Shown here: in pieces, positions 15,457 through 24,088 of the stretch
Position numbering within the stretch: position 1 is the stretch's first letter
How the letters are laid out: the number at the start of each line of letters is the position of its first letter
Assembly (NCBI GenBank): GCA_041686025.1
Contig: JAWLEP010000032.1
Coordinates: forward strand, 1 to 28,494
Direction of reading: 5' to 3'
Length of the DNA: 28,494 nucleotides
Origin: Candidatus Fermentibacteraceae bacterium
GTDB taxonomy: Bacteria; Fermentibacterota; Fermentibacteria; Fermentibacterales; JCC-6
Translations under genes and position numbers: made by a program
Notes under the pieces: generated by a model
Database searches by the model: none
What the model saw: only the letters and a program-made list of their open reading frames with translations
What the model was told of the DNA's origin: nothing

Positions 15457-16632
15457 GTGAGATACTACATTCTGAAGGCAGCGTTCCCCATTGCCGCGGC
15501 CGCTGCCGTGGCGGTTTCCTGTGGAGGAGACCGAGGAGAGCCCCCTTCGACGACCGCGGGGCTTCCCTTATGCACCCTTTCCGTAGTGGACTCCATAGGA
15601 ATCGAGATGGGTGACTCCAACTACGTATTCGGCTCCATCGAGGGGCTGGGCCATACGCCGGCGGGGCGGATCGCCGTTCTGGACCGGGCCTCCGCCGACA
15701 TAAGGCTGTTCGATGCCGAAGGTCGCATGGTCCGGCGGATCTCCCGTCGGGGCAGCGGCCCCGGAGAGCTGATGAACCCCCTGGGATTGATCCTCTACCC
15801 CGACGGCAGAATGGGCGTCATCGACCCCTGGAGCGGCGGCATACTGGCCTACGACACATCCGGCGCCTTCCTGGGCGTGGAGGTGGAGGTGCAGTCCAAC
15901 GCCCACCTGAACCCGGTTGCCGTGGGGGAGAGCTCCTTTGTGGCAGGGAGGACCCGGGTGTACGTGGATGAGGACGACCAGCCGATTCTGGAGATCTACC
16001 TGGGCCGCTTTCCGGCCACCGCCGAGCCCGACGTGATCTACTGGCTGAAGCCCCTGCCCTTCGAGGTCGCCGAAGGCGCCGGCGACGTGGCCCAGAGGTA
16101 CTTCTTCTCCAACTCCTGGACCGCGGACCCCGCTACCGGCCGCGTTTACGCGGCCCCGTTCTCGGAGACCGACTACCGGATACTCAGGTTCGACCCCGAC
16201 GGCACCGAGCTGCCCCCGCTGGAGCGCGAGGTGGAGGCGGTGCGGAAGACCGAGGAGGAGATCGCCCGGGACGTGGAGTACGTGCAGCAGAAGCTGCGCA
16301 GCCTGGAGGGGGGAGACCCGGGCTACAGCGTGCAGGTGAACGACCCCTGGCCCTACAGGCTTCCGGTGGCCGACCTGGACGTGGATTCGGAAGGAAACCT
16401 CTGGGCGCTGAACGGGACCATGGAGGAGCCGGTCTTCGACATATGGAGCCCCGATGGCGAGCTGGCGGGAAGGGCGGTGCTGGTGGGGCTCGGATCGAAA
16501 CCCCTGTCCTGGGAGTTCACCATGGACGAGCATGGAATCCTGGCCTACGACACCGACCCGGTCCTCTGCCAGAGGGTCTACGTAATCGAGCAGACAGGCG
16601 GCAGCCTGCGGCTGCCGGGGAGTCAGCGGTAG
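15457..16632 (+). CDS. 6-bladed beta-propeller (NHL-like) lipoprotein
   Basis: GTG start after GAGGA; lipobox AVSC; DSIGIEMGDSNYVFGSI, RRGSGPGELMNP, DVDSEGNLW blade motifs. Confidence 0.8.
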   Translation: MRYYILKAAFPIAAAAAVAVSCGGDRGEPPSTTAGLPLCTLSVVDSIGIEMGDSNYVFGSIEGLGHTPAGRIAVLDRASADIRLFDAEGRMVRRISRRGSGPGELMNPLGLILYPDGRMGVIDPWSGGILAYDTSGAFLGVEVEVQSNAHLNPVAVGESSFVAGRTRVYVDEDDQPILEIYLGRFPATAEPDVIYWLKPLPFEVAEGAGDVAQRYFFSNSWTADPATGRVYAAPFSETDYRILRFDPDGTELPPLEREVEAVRKTEEEIARDVEYVQQKLRSLEGGDPGYSVQVNDPWPYRLPVADLDVDSEGNLWALNGTMEEPVFDIWSPDGELAGRAVLVGLGSKPLSWEFTMDEHGILAYDTDPVLCQRVYVIEQTGGSLRLPGSQR

Positions 16633-17111
16633 CGGTCGGTCCTGCCCGCCAGCACCGCATTCACCATCTCGTCCATGGCCTCCAGGAACCGCGAGCGGTC
16701 CTTCCTCTCGAAAGGGGGAGGACCGCCGCCCTCCATTATTCCCAGGTCCCGCAGGCCGGTCATCAGGTCCCTGGTGGCCACAGCCGCACAGATGTTCTCC
16801 GCGGTGAAGGGCCTTCCCCGCAGCCCCATGACCAGAGCGCCGGCCTCGATGCAGCGTCGGGCCAGGGGAATGTCGCCGGTGACCACGATATCGTTTCTGC
16901 CCACCGCTTCGGCGATCCAGTCGTCGGCCACCCCCTCGCCCTTCTCCACCACCCGAAGGGTGACCCAGCTGCCCGGCGGGACCCTCATCCAGGAGTTCGA
17001 GACCACCACCACCGGCAGCTCGTAACGCCGCGCAACCCTGTAGATCTCGGACTTCACCGGACAGGCGTCGGCGTCCACGTACACCACGGTATCCGGGGCG
17101 TCGCCGGTCAA
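16623..17111 (-). CDS. YaiI/YqxD (UPF0178) family protein
   Basis: VYVDADACPVK, ADDWI, DIVVTGDIPLA, GGPPPF...DRSRF. Confidence 0.92.
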   Translation of the reverse strand: MTGDAPDTVVYVDADACPVKSEIYRVARRYELPVVVVSNSWMRVPPGSWVTLRVVEKGEGVADDWIAEAVGRNDIVVTGDIPLARRCIEAGALVMGLRGRPFTAENICAAVATRDLMTGLRDLGIMEGGGPPPFERKDRSRFLEAMDEMVNAVLAGRTDRYR

Positions 17112-17112
17112 C

Positions 17113-18234
17113 TCAGCGCTCCAGCCGTCGGAAGAGCCTGAGAGCTCCCCGCCGGTAGTCCAGAGCCGCCAGCCTGCCGTCTCCCAGCTTCTGAGCGCTC
17201 CCCAGGGATGAATCGGGAAGGCAGTAGCTGTCCAGGTACTGCCCGCTCCAGGAGTACCTGTCTATCACGGTCACAGGCGCCTGCCCGCTGCCCCCCATCT
17301 CGCTGAGAAAGGTACCGTCGGACTGCAGATGGATGACGGTGTTCAGCTGACCCTCCGGGCCCACGAAGGCGCTGCTGGCCACCGGGAACATGTAGAAGCG
17401 CATCTCGTCCCCCGACTGCTCCATCCGGGGGGGCTCCGGCTGGTCGGGGAAGGTCCGGGAGCCCCGGTAGACGCAGGTCCAGCCCTCCGGCTCGTAGACG
17501 GCCAGTGTCCCCTGGTAGCGGTTGAACACCGCCAGTGTATCGCCGGGGCCTGCGCAGACCTTCAGCATGTCCATCATCCCGATGTTGTCGTACGCCCCGT
17601 CCACCACCGCCTCCCCGAAGGAGTGGACGATCCCGCTGTCCGGGTCCACCAGATGCAGGTGTCCGCCGGGCTGGCGCCTGGACGCAACCGCGAAACGGCC
17701 GCCTGCGAGCCCGCAGGCATCGTGGGGCAGCTGGATCTCCAGCGAACGGATGAACTCCCCGTCCCTGCCGAAGATCTCGAGCCTGCCCAGCACGGGATTC
17801 AGGGCGCAGACGTGGCGGGAGGAGACTGCAATGCCCCCCATTCTGCTGAAGCGCCCCGGCCCCTCCCCCTGGCCGCCCGCACGCCAGAGCACCTCCCCGT
17901 CGGCCCGCACCGCCACCACCTGGCAGGTGCTCTGGTCGGCCACGAAAAGGGTGTCTCCCGCCGCGCAGAAGGAATAGGGGTCGTAGAAGGGAGGGTCCAT
18001 TCCACCCCCCAGCGAGTCCGACGGGACGAAGAGCAGCCGGTCCGTACGTTCCTCCCACAGCCCCTCGTCGGAGGACTCGGCGTATTCGACCCACTTGACC
18101 ACAGTGTCCGCCGGCACCCCTCCGAGGCTGTCGGGCATCGTACTGTCGGCCGTCGCGTCGGGACCTTCCCGGCCGCAGGCGGCGGGCAGGACAATCAGCG
18201 CAGTCGTCAGAGCCAGGACCGCTAATCTCACCAC
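17113..18234 (-). CDS. 6-bladed beta-propeller (NHL-like) lipoprotein
   Basis: Probable GTG start 18234 after GGAGGG; lipobox PAAC; GGQGEGPGRF blade motif; IDRYSWSGQYLDSY. Confidence 0.78.
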   Translation of the reverse strand: MVRLAVLALTTALIVLPAACGREGPDATADSTMPDSLGGVPADTVVKWVEYAESSDEGLWEERTDRLLFVPSDSLGGGMDPPFYDPYSFCAAGDTLFVADQSTCQVVAVRADGEVLWRAGGQGEGPGRFSRMGGIAVSSRHVCALNPVLGRLEIFGRDGEFIRSLEIQLPHDACGLAGGRFAVASRRQPGGHLHLVDPDSGIVHSFGEAVVDGAYDNIGMMDMLKVCAGPGDTLAVFNRYQGTLAVYEPEGWTCVYRGSRTFPDQPEPPRMEQSGDEMRFYMFPVASSAFVGPEGQLNTVIHLQSDGTFLSEMGGSGQAPVTVIDRYSWSGQYLDSYCLPDSSLGSAQKLGDGRLAALDYRRGALRLFRRLER

Positions 18235-18285
18235 TTGGCACCCTCCCGTCTTCCGCACACTGCCGCTCTACGCGTGCGGCGCCAT

Positions 18286-19008
18286 CTACCTGTAGACCGC
18301 CTCGTCGACCGTCACCCGAAAGAACTCTCCGTCATCCTGGAAGCCGCCGCCGTCGAAGAACCAGCCGATGCGCAGCCTGGAGGGGATGAGTACACCGTCG
18401 AACGCCGATTCCTCCTCCACCAGGCCCCCGAAGTCAACGTACCTGTGCCCCTGCCCGTCGGGGTCGCCCCACCTGCGCATCCGAAGGCTTCGCAGCGACC
18501 CTCCCGGGCCTTCGGCCAGGTCCAGCCGGAGGTCCTCCCCGCAGACGGACAGCCGGGCCCTGGCCACATCGGGCTCCGGCCGGGTCCACCGCACACCGGG
18601 CCGGCACAGGGCCTGGGGAAGCCAGACCATCTCCGCCGCCATCCTGCCGGCGGCGGACCTGGTCACGTCGGGGCCGGACTCACCGACCAGGGGTATCAGC
18701 CCCAGCATCTTCCATCTCATCTCTCCGCGGCAGTCAAGAAGCCGGTCGTACCCCTCCACCGGCAGGCCCGCCATCCTCACGGTGGCCCTCCACACCATTC
18801 CCGCTTGCGCCGATATGACCTGGACCGCGCTGAAGGTCTTCCAGCCGCCCAGACGGATTCTGCCGTGCATGGACAGCCGTACGGCGGAGGCAGCGGTCCG
18901 GGCGTTCTTCAGCGAACGCGCCAGCCAGCTTCCGCAGTCGGGGGGAATGCGAACCGGCCCCCCGTCTGCATCGCGGGCGCTTTCCCACAGCTCCTCTTCG
19001 CCGCTCAT
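18286..19008 (-). CDS. DUF6544-like family protein
   Basis: VRLSMHGRIRLGGW..FSAVQ, GMVWRA, GYDR....GEMRWKMLGLIPLV, GRMAAEMVWLPQAL, RWGDPDG, GVLIPS..RIGW. Confidence 0.75.
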   Translation of the reverse strand: MSGEEELWESARDADGGPVRIPPDCGSWLARSLKNARTAASAVRLSMHGRIRLGGWKTFSAVQVISAQAGMVWRATVRMAGLPVEGYDRLLDCRGEMRWKMLGLIPLVGESGPDVTRSAAGRMAAEMVWLPQALCRPGVRWTRPEPDVARARLSVCGEDLRLDLAEGPGGSLRSLRMRRWGDPDGQGHRYVDFGGLVEEESAFDGVLIPSRLRIGWFFDGGGFQDDGEFFRVTVDEAVYR

Positions 19009-19134
19009 CACGGACAGCCGGCCACCTTCCCTTCATCCTGCACGGGCTCACCCTCCGGGCCCGCTTTACCGACGGCCGACTCACTACTAAGCCAAGCCGT
19101 GCCGGCCCGCAACCCTATATCCCCGCGGCCGAGG

Positions 19135-19163
19135 TTCACGCAGAACCCTACTTTTGCTAGATT
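19135..19163 (+). promoter_or_regulatory. Putative extended -10 promoter for the dehydrogenase-CDF-EFR1 operon
   Basis: TTCACG, 17-nt spacer, TAGATT, with TG one base upstream of the -10 (TGcTAGATT). Confidence 0.45.
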
Positions 19164-19189
19164 CCCATCTGTTCGGCGAAAGGCGGAGT

Positions 19190-20164
19190 ATGCTCAGGGT
19201 GTACATGCCGGGGGAGTGGAGCGAGGAGGCGCTTCGGGAGCTGGAGGCCGGCCTGGTCGAGGACGTGGAGCTTTCCGCAGGCGCCCCCCGGGCAGACGGC
19301 TACGAGATGCTGGTGTGCGGCCGTCCCGACAGGGAGATGCTGGAGGTGCCGTCGCTGCGCTGGTACGTGGTTCCCTGGGCTGGCCTTCCCGCTTCCACCC
19401 GGGAGCTGCTGGCCGACTTCCCCCATCTCGCGGTGCACAACCTGCATCACAACGCCCCCGCCGCGGCCGAGCTCGCCGTGGGGCTCCTTCTGGCGGCTGC
19501 CAAACGCATCGTCCTGGCCGACAGGAAGATGCGCGAGGGTGACTGGACCATACGCTATTCCCCCGAGAACGCCATGCTCATCGAAGGCAGCAGCATCCTG
19601 GTGGTGGGCATGGGCGAGATCGGCCGAAGGGTGGCCCGGACCTGCCGGGCCATGGGAGCAGAGGTGGTGGGCATCGCGCGCCACGTGGAGGATGGTGAGG
19701 TCCGCGAAGGGGTTCCCGTACTGTCGCCGGAGGCCCTGGACGGGCAGCTGCCGGGGATCGACGTCCTGGTCCTCTGCGTCCCCCTCACCGACGAGACCAG
19801 GGGCATGATCGACGCCCCAATGCTGGCCGCCATGCCCCGGCGGGCGGTGCTGGTGAACGTGGGGAGGGGCGGCCTGGTGGAGGAGGAGGCCCTGTACGGG
19901 GCCCTCCGGGACGGCGGAATCGGGGCCGCCGGTATCGACGTCTGGTACAGCTACCCCCGAAGCGAGGAGTCCAGGAGAGATACCCGGCCCTCACGCTTCC
20001 CCTTCGGCGAGCTGGACAACGTGGTGATGAGCCCGCACAGGGGCGGGGCCATGAACGTCTCCGAGCTGGAGCTGCTGCGGGCCCGGGAGCTGGCCCGTCT
20101 GATAAACGCGGCGGCCGGTGGAGACCCGGTGCCCCACCGCGTCGACCCGGAGCTGGGCTACTGA
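19190..20164 (+). CDS. D-isomer-specific 2-hydroxyacid dehydrogenase family protein
   Basis: VVGMGEIGR, VPLTDETRGMID, VNVGRGGLVEE, AAGIDVW, VMSPHRGG. ATG 19190 after GGAG. Confidence 0.92.
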   Translation: MLRVYMPGEWSEEALRELEAGLVEDVELSAGAPRADGYEMLVCGRPDREMLEVPSLRWYVVPWAGLPASTRELLADFPHLAVHNLHHNAPAAAELAVGLLLAAAKRIVLADRKMREGDWTIRYSPENAMLIEGSSILVVGMGEIGRRVARTCRAMGAEVVGIARHVEDGEVREGVPVLSPEALDGQLPGIDVLVLCVPLTDETRGMIDAPMLAAMPRRAVLVNVGRGGLVEEEALYGALRDGGIGAAGIDVWYSYPRSEESRRDTRPSRFPFGELDNVVMSPHRGGAMNVSELELLRARELARLINAAAGGDPVPHRVDPELGY

Positions 20165-21045
20165 TGACCCCGAAGAGGGTCACCCTCCTGGGCCTGGCCA
20201 CCAACGTGGGCCTGGCGGCGGTAAAGGTATCCGTGGGCCTGCTCACCGGGACCAGGGCGCTGCTGGCCGACGGCCTGCACTCGATCTCGGACCTGGCCAG
20301 CGACGCTGCCGTCCTGCTGGGACTGCGGTTCTCCGGCCGCCCGGCCGACGACGACCACCACTACGGCCACAGGAGGGTGGCCACGCTGGTCTCGCTGGCG
20401 GTGGGCCTCTCGCTTCTGGTCACTGCCGGCTGGATCATCTACGACGCCATTTCCTCCTACGGACAGCCCCACACGATCCAGGTGGGCCTGCTGCCGCTGC
20501 TGGTGGCCATCGGGTCCATGGTTCCCAAGGAGCTTCTCTACCATGTCACCAGGAGGGTGGGCCAGCGGGAGAAGGACCCCTCGGTGGTGGCCAACGCCTG
20601 GCACCACAGGACCGACGCCTTCACCTCCCTGGCCGCGGCCGCCGGAATCGCCGGGGCCACCTTCGGGGGCCGGCGGTGGGCCTTCCTGGACCGGTTCACC
20701 GCCGCCCTGCTGGCGGCCTTTCTGGCCGTCACCGCCGTCAAGCTGGTCCGGGACGCCGTATGCGAGCTCATAGACCGGGCCCCGGGGCGGGAGATGGTTC
20801 GGCGGATAGGAGATGCAATAGATTCCGTACCGGGCGTCCGCACCTCGCACAGGCTGCGGGTCCGGCAGATGGCCGGCTCGCTGACGCTGGACGTCCACAT
20901 TCTGGTGGACCCGGAGCTGTCCGTAGCCCAGGGACACAACATCGCCACCGCCGTCCAGGAGAAGGTCGATGAGTGCGAATGTGACATACTGGAAGCGGTG
21001 GTGCACGTGGAGCCGGACGACGAAGAGAACAGGTCGGAAGAGTAG
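20164..21045 (+). CDS. Cation diffusion facilitator (FieF/CDF) transporter
   Basis: ADGLHSISD, PADDDHHYGHRR, NAWHHRTD, DVHILVD, GHNIA, VHVEP. TGATG translational coupling. Confidence 0.95.
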   Translation: MTPKRVTLLGLATNVGLAAVKVSVGLLTGTRALLADGLHSISDLASDAAVLLGLRFSGRPADDDHHYGHRRVATLVSLAVGLSLLVTAGWIIYDAISSYGQPHTIQVGLLPLLVAIGSMVPKELLYHVTRRVGQREKDPSVVANAWHHRTDAFTSLAAAAGIAGATFGGRRWAFLDRFTAALLAAFLAVTAVKLVRDAVCELIDRAPGREMVRRIGDAIDSVPGVRTSHRLRVRQMAGSLTLDVHILVDPELSVAQGHNIATAVQEKVDECECDILEAVVHVEPDDEENRSEE

Positions 21046-21067
21046 ACTCCCTAACGAAAGGGGCACG

Positions 21068-21886
21068 ATGGGCAGCGCGATATACTGGTTCAGCGGAACC
21101 GGCAACTCCCTCCATGCCGCGGAGGGGATCGCGGAAGCCCTTGGCGACACCCGCCTGGAGCCCATGGCCCGGGCCGTAAGGGCGGGTCGGGTTCGCCCCG
21201 GGGAGGAACGCGTAGGCCTGGTCTTCCCCATGTACTTCGAGGGACTGCCAGAGATAGTCGAGCGGTTTTGCGAGAGGCTGGAGGTGCGCGAACGCTGCTA
21301 TCTCTTCGGCGTTATCACCAGCGGGGGAGGCCCGGCCTGGGCCGTCCACTCGCTCCGAAAGGAGCTGGACGGAAGGCTCGATGCCGGCTTCATGCTGCCC
21401 ATGGTGGGCAACTACGTACCGATGTACGATGTCCCCGATGCCGAAGGCGTCCGGAAGAAGCTGGCAAAGACAGCACAGAGGCTGAAGCAGATCTCGGGGG
21501 ACGTAGAGGACCGCCGGGAGGGCTTCCGGGGGGACACCCCCGTTCTGGGCTGGCTGCTGGACCGGGCGCTGCATCCCGGATGGCGCCGGCAGGTCCACGT
21601 CCGCGACAGGAACTTCAGGGTCACGGAGGCCTGCACCTCATGCGGCACCTGCCAGTCGGTATGTCCCGTGGACAACATACTCCTGGAGGATGGCGCGCCC
21701 GTCTGGCACCATCTCTGCCAGGAGTGCATGGCGTGCCTGCACTGGTGCCCGGAGCGGGCAATAGAGTACGGGGGGAAGACCGCAGACCGGGGCAGGTACA
21801 CGCACCCGGACGTAGAGCTGCAGGATATGCTGGCGCAGTCGCGGGCAGCCGGCGGCCGGGACCCTTCGGAGGGGAAAAAGGGGTAG
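21068..21886 (+). CDS. EFR1-family flavodoxin-like/2x[4Fe-4S] ferredoxin protein (copy 1)
   Basis: IYWFSGTGNS, GLVFPMY, MVGNY, CTSCGTCQSVCP, CQECMACLHWCP, RYTHP. Confidence 0.9.
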   Translation: MGSAIYWFSGTGNSLHAAEGIAEALGDTRLEPMARAVRAGRVRPGEERVGLVFPMYFEGLPEIVERFCERLEVRERCYLFGVITSGGGPAWAVHSLRKELDGRLDAGFMLPMVGNYVPMYDVPDAEGVRKKLAKTAQRLKQISGDVEDRREGFRGDTPVLGWLLDRALHPGWRRQVHVRDRNFRVTEACTSCGTCQSVCPVDNILLEDGAPVWHHLCQECMACLHWCPERAIEYGGKTADRGRYTHPDVELQDMLAQSRAAGGRDPSEGKKG

Positions 21887-21905
21887 AGAGACAAGGAGGA
21901 GGGGA

Positions 21906-22691
21906 ATGGCAACCATCTACTGGTTCTCCGGAACCGGAAACAGCTACCACGCCGCCCGGAGCATAGGAGACAGGATAGGCGACACCAGGCTGGTGAGAAT
22001 CACCGACAGTCTGGCGGACAGCGGGGAGAGGCTGGCCGATGACGTAGTGGGTTTCGTATTCCCCGTCTACGCCGGCGGCATGCCGGTGCTTGCAGCCGAG
22101 CTGCTGGAGCGGGCCTCGATAGAGGCCGACTACCTGTTCTGCGTGGCCACATATGCCGGCAGGTACGGCAACGCTCTGCGCCAGTTCGAGAAGCTGGCCG
22201 CCGATGCGGGGCAGCGCCCGGACGCGCTTTTCGACATCGTGATGCCCACCAATACCAAACTCAGTGTCGAGCCACGGGAGCCCGGCCCCAAGGCCTCGGC
22301 CAAGCTGGAGCAGTCGGAGGCGGCCCTGGAATCCGTGTCGGCCGGCATCCGCGACCGGGTAACACTGCTGGAGGGCAGGAGCGGCGGCCTCTACGGCCTG
22401 CTGACCCGCCTGGTCTACCCCCTCTTCTCCAAGGGGATACGGAAGGCGGACAACGCGTTCGGCGTCACCGACGACTGCACCTCGTGCGGCATATGCGCGA
22501 AGGTCTGCCCCACCTCCGACATCACCATCGAGGAGGCGGGCAGGCCGGTCTGGCACAACCGATGCGAGGGCTGCAACGCCTGCATCAGCTTCTGCCCCGA
22601 GCACGCCATCTACAAGGGCAGAAGGCCGGAGAAGCGCTACGGGTACAGGCACCCCGAGGTAACCGCCGGCTACCTGATCCGAAGCGAGTAA
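21906..22691 (+). CDS. EFR1-family flavodoxin-like/2x[4Fe-4S] ferredoxin protein (copy 2)
   Basis: IYWFSGTGNS, GFVFPVY, MPTN, CTSCGICAKVCP, CEGCNACISFCP, YRHP. Confidence 0.9.
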   Translation: MATIYWFSGTGNSYHAARSIGDRIGDTRLVRITDSLADSGERLADDVVGFVFPVYAGGMPVLAAELLERASIEADYLFCVATYAGRYGNALRQFEKLAADAGQRPDALFDIVMPTNTKLSVEPREPGPKASAKLEQSEAALESVSAGIRDRVTLLEGRSGGLYGLLTRLVYPLFSKGIRKADNAFGVTDDCTSCGICAKVCPTSDITIEEAGRPVWHNRCEGCNACISFCPEHAIYKGRRPEKRYGYRHPEVTAGYLIRSE

Positions 22692-22720
22692 GGGCCTGGG
22701 CATCCTGAGCCAGGAACCAT

Positions 22721-22735
22721 ACCTACTTGGTAGGT
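22721..22735. promoter_or_regulatory. Palindromic operator candidate upstream of the SHOCT gene
   Basis: ACCTAC-ttg-GTAGGT perfect inverted repeat abutting TATATA at 22736. Confidence 0.4.
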
Positions 22736-22778
22736 TATATAGCCAGTGAGACCATGACGGCATTTACGGAGGTGCGGG

Positions 22779-23018
22779 ATGTATCACTGGCACGGAATGG
22801 GTGACATCCCCCTGCTAGGGGGCTTTGGAATGGTAGTCTGGATTGTGCTGCTGGTGGGGCTTGTCTACCTGCTGGCCAGAATGTGGAGCAGGGGTGGTCC
22901 AGGTTCACATTCACCCGGCGGCGACAGCGCCAGGGAGATCGCCAGAAGGCGGTACGCCAGGGGCGAGATCGACCGCCAGGAGTACGAGAGGATACTGGAA
23001 GACCTCGCGAAGAGCTGA
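22779..23018 (+). CDS. Small membrane protein with SHOCT domain
   Basis: GGAGG RBS; His/Met/Gly-rich N-terminus, one TM helix, SAREIARRRYARGEIDRQEYERILEDL. Confidence 0.88.
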   Translation: MYHWHGMGDIPLLGGFGMVVWIVLLVGLVYLLARMWSRGGPGSHSPGGDSAREIARRRYARGEIDRQEYERILEDLAKS

Positions 23019-23135
23019 TTTCCGCTTGTGCAGGAGGGGGCTATGCTCCCCCCCGGAGAACGACCCCGCGGATAACCGCTTATCCCCCATCTATGAGACT
23101 GCGCTGTTCACCGAGTGCGGATACTGCCAGTTTCC

Positions 23136-23164
23136 TTGCGCCGACGTCCGGCGGGGATTAGGGT
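23136..23164 (+). promoter_or_regulatory. Putative sigma70 promoter for the glutaredoxin-FDR pair
   Basis: TTGCGC, 17-nt spacer, TAGGGT. Confidence 0.4.
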
Positions 23165-23212
23165 GGAGGGAGTCCGGGGACAGCTAATGGCCAATCCGAC
23201 TGGAGGTCGTGC

Positions 23213-23500
23213 ATGGACCTGACCCATGTGGAGGGGGAGGACAGGGGCAAGGTAGTGCTCTTCGCCCTCAGCACCTGCGTTTGGTGCCGAAAGACAAGGA
23301 AGCTGCTGGACAGCCTGGGGGTGGAGTACTCCTACGTCTACGTGGACAGGCTAAGCGGAAGCGAGAGAGCCGAGGCCGTAGAGGAGATGAAGAGGCACAA
23401 CCCGGTGGCCAGCTTTCCCACCGTGGTGGTGGACGACGAGAAGGTGGTGTCCGGGCACAACCCCGGCAGGCTCCGGGAAGCACTGGGGGTGGAGGAGTGA
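23213..23500 (+). CDS. Glutaredoxin/NrdH-like redoxin
   Basis: LFALSTCVWCRKT (CxxC), SFPTVVV (cis-Pro), GGAGG RBS. Confidence 0.92.
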   Translation: MDLTHVEGEDRGKVVLFALSTCVWCRKTRKLLDSLGVEYSYVYVDRLSGSERAEAVEEMKRHNPVASFPTVVVDDEKVVSGHNPGRLREALGVEE

Positions 23501-24000
23501 GCGTCGAGGAGAGGGCCGAGAAGCTCTACGACAGGCTGAAGAACCAGGCAGACCAGGGCGGCTACAACCTCAACCCCGACCGGGAGTTCACCATGCAGCT
23601 GATGGAGAGCCTGGTCACCAACATCGACCGCTACGGCTACATGGCCTGCCCCTGCAGGCTGGCCGACGGCGAGAGGCAGAAGGACCTGGACATCATCTGT
23701 CCCTGCGACTACCGCGACGCCGACCTGGTGGAGCACGGGGCCTGCTACTGCGGCCTGTACGTCTCCGACGAGGTCCGCGACGGCGAGCGGGAGCTGGGAG
23801 CGGTTCCGGAGAGGAGGCCGGCCGATCCCTCGCAGAGGCCCCAGAACAGGGATTCCGGCGGCCCCGCGGAGGTCTCCGGCGAGCTGTCGCAGCCGGTGCA
23901 CCGCTGCCGGGTCTGCGGCTACCTCTGCGCCCGGGAGGACCCCCCGGGCAAGTGCCCCATATGCGGCGCTTCAGCCGACCGCTTCGAGAGGTTCATGTAG
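23497..24000 (+). CDS. Ferredoxin:thioredoxin reductase catalytic-type subunit with C-terminal rubredoxin-like domain (FDR-like)
   Basis: GTG 23497 overlaps the Grx stop (GTGA); YGYMACPCRL, IICPCDY, GACYCGLY; C-terminal CRVCGY...CPICGA. Confidence 0.92.
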   Translation: MSVEERAEKLYDRLKNQADQGGYNLNPDREFTMQLMESLVTNIDRYGYMACPCRLADGERQKDLDIICPCDYRDADLVEHGACYCGLYVSDEVRDGERELGAVPERRPADPSQRPQNRDSGGPAEVSGELSQPVHRCRVCGYLCAREDPPGKCPICGASADRFERFM

Positions 24001-24088
24001 GTCGGCCACCGTGCCCCTCTACGGGCTGTCAGCATTGGCCCCCATGTTCGGCAGAGGCATTTCACAGGAGTTGGGAGGGCATCTCTCC

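Noticed and set aside
23209..23496. N-terminal extension of the 263-aa ORF 23209-24000
   Set aside because: Alternative frame over the glutaredoxin; the FDR-like gene starts at GTG 23497.
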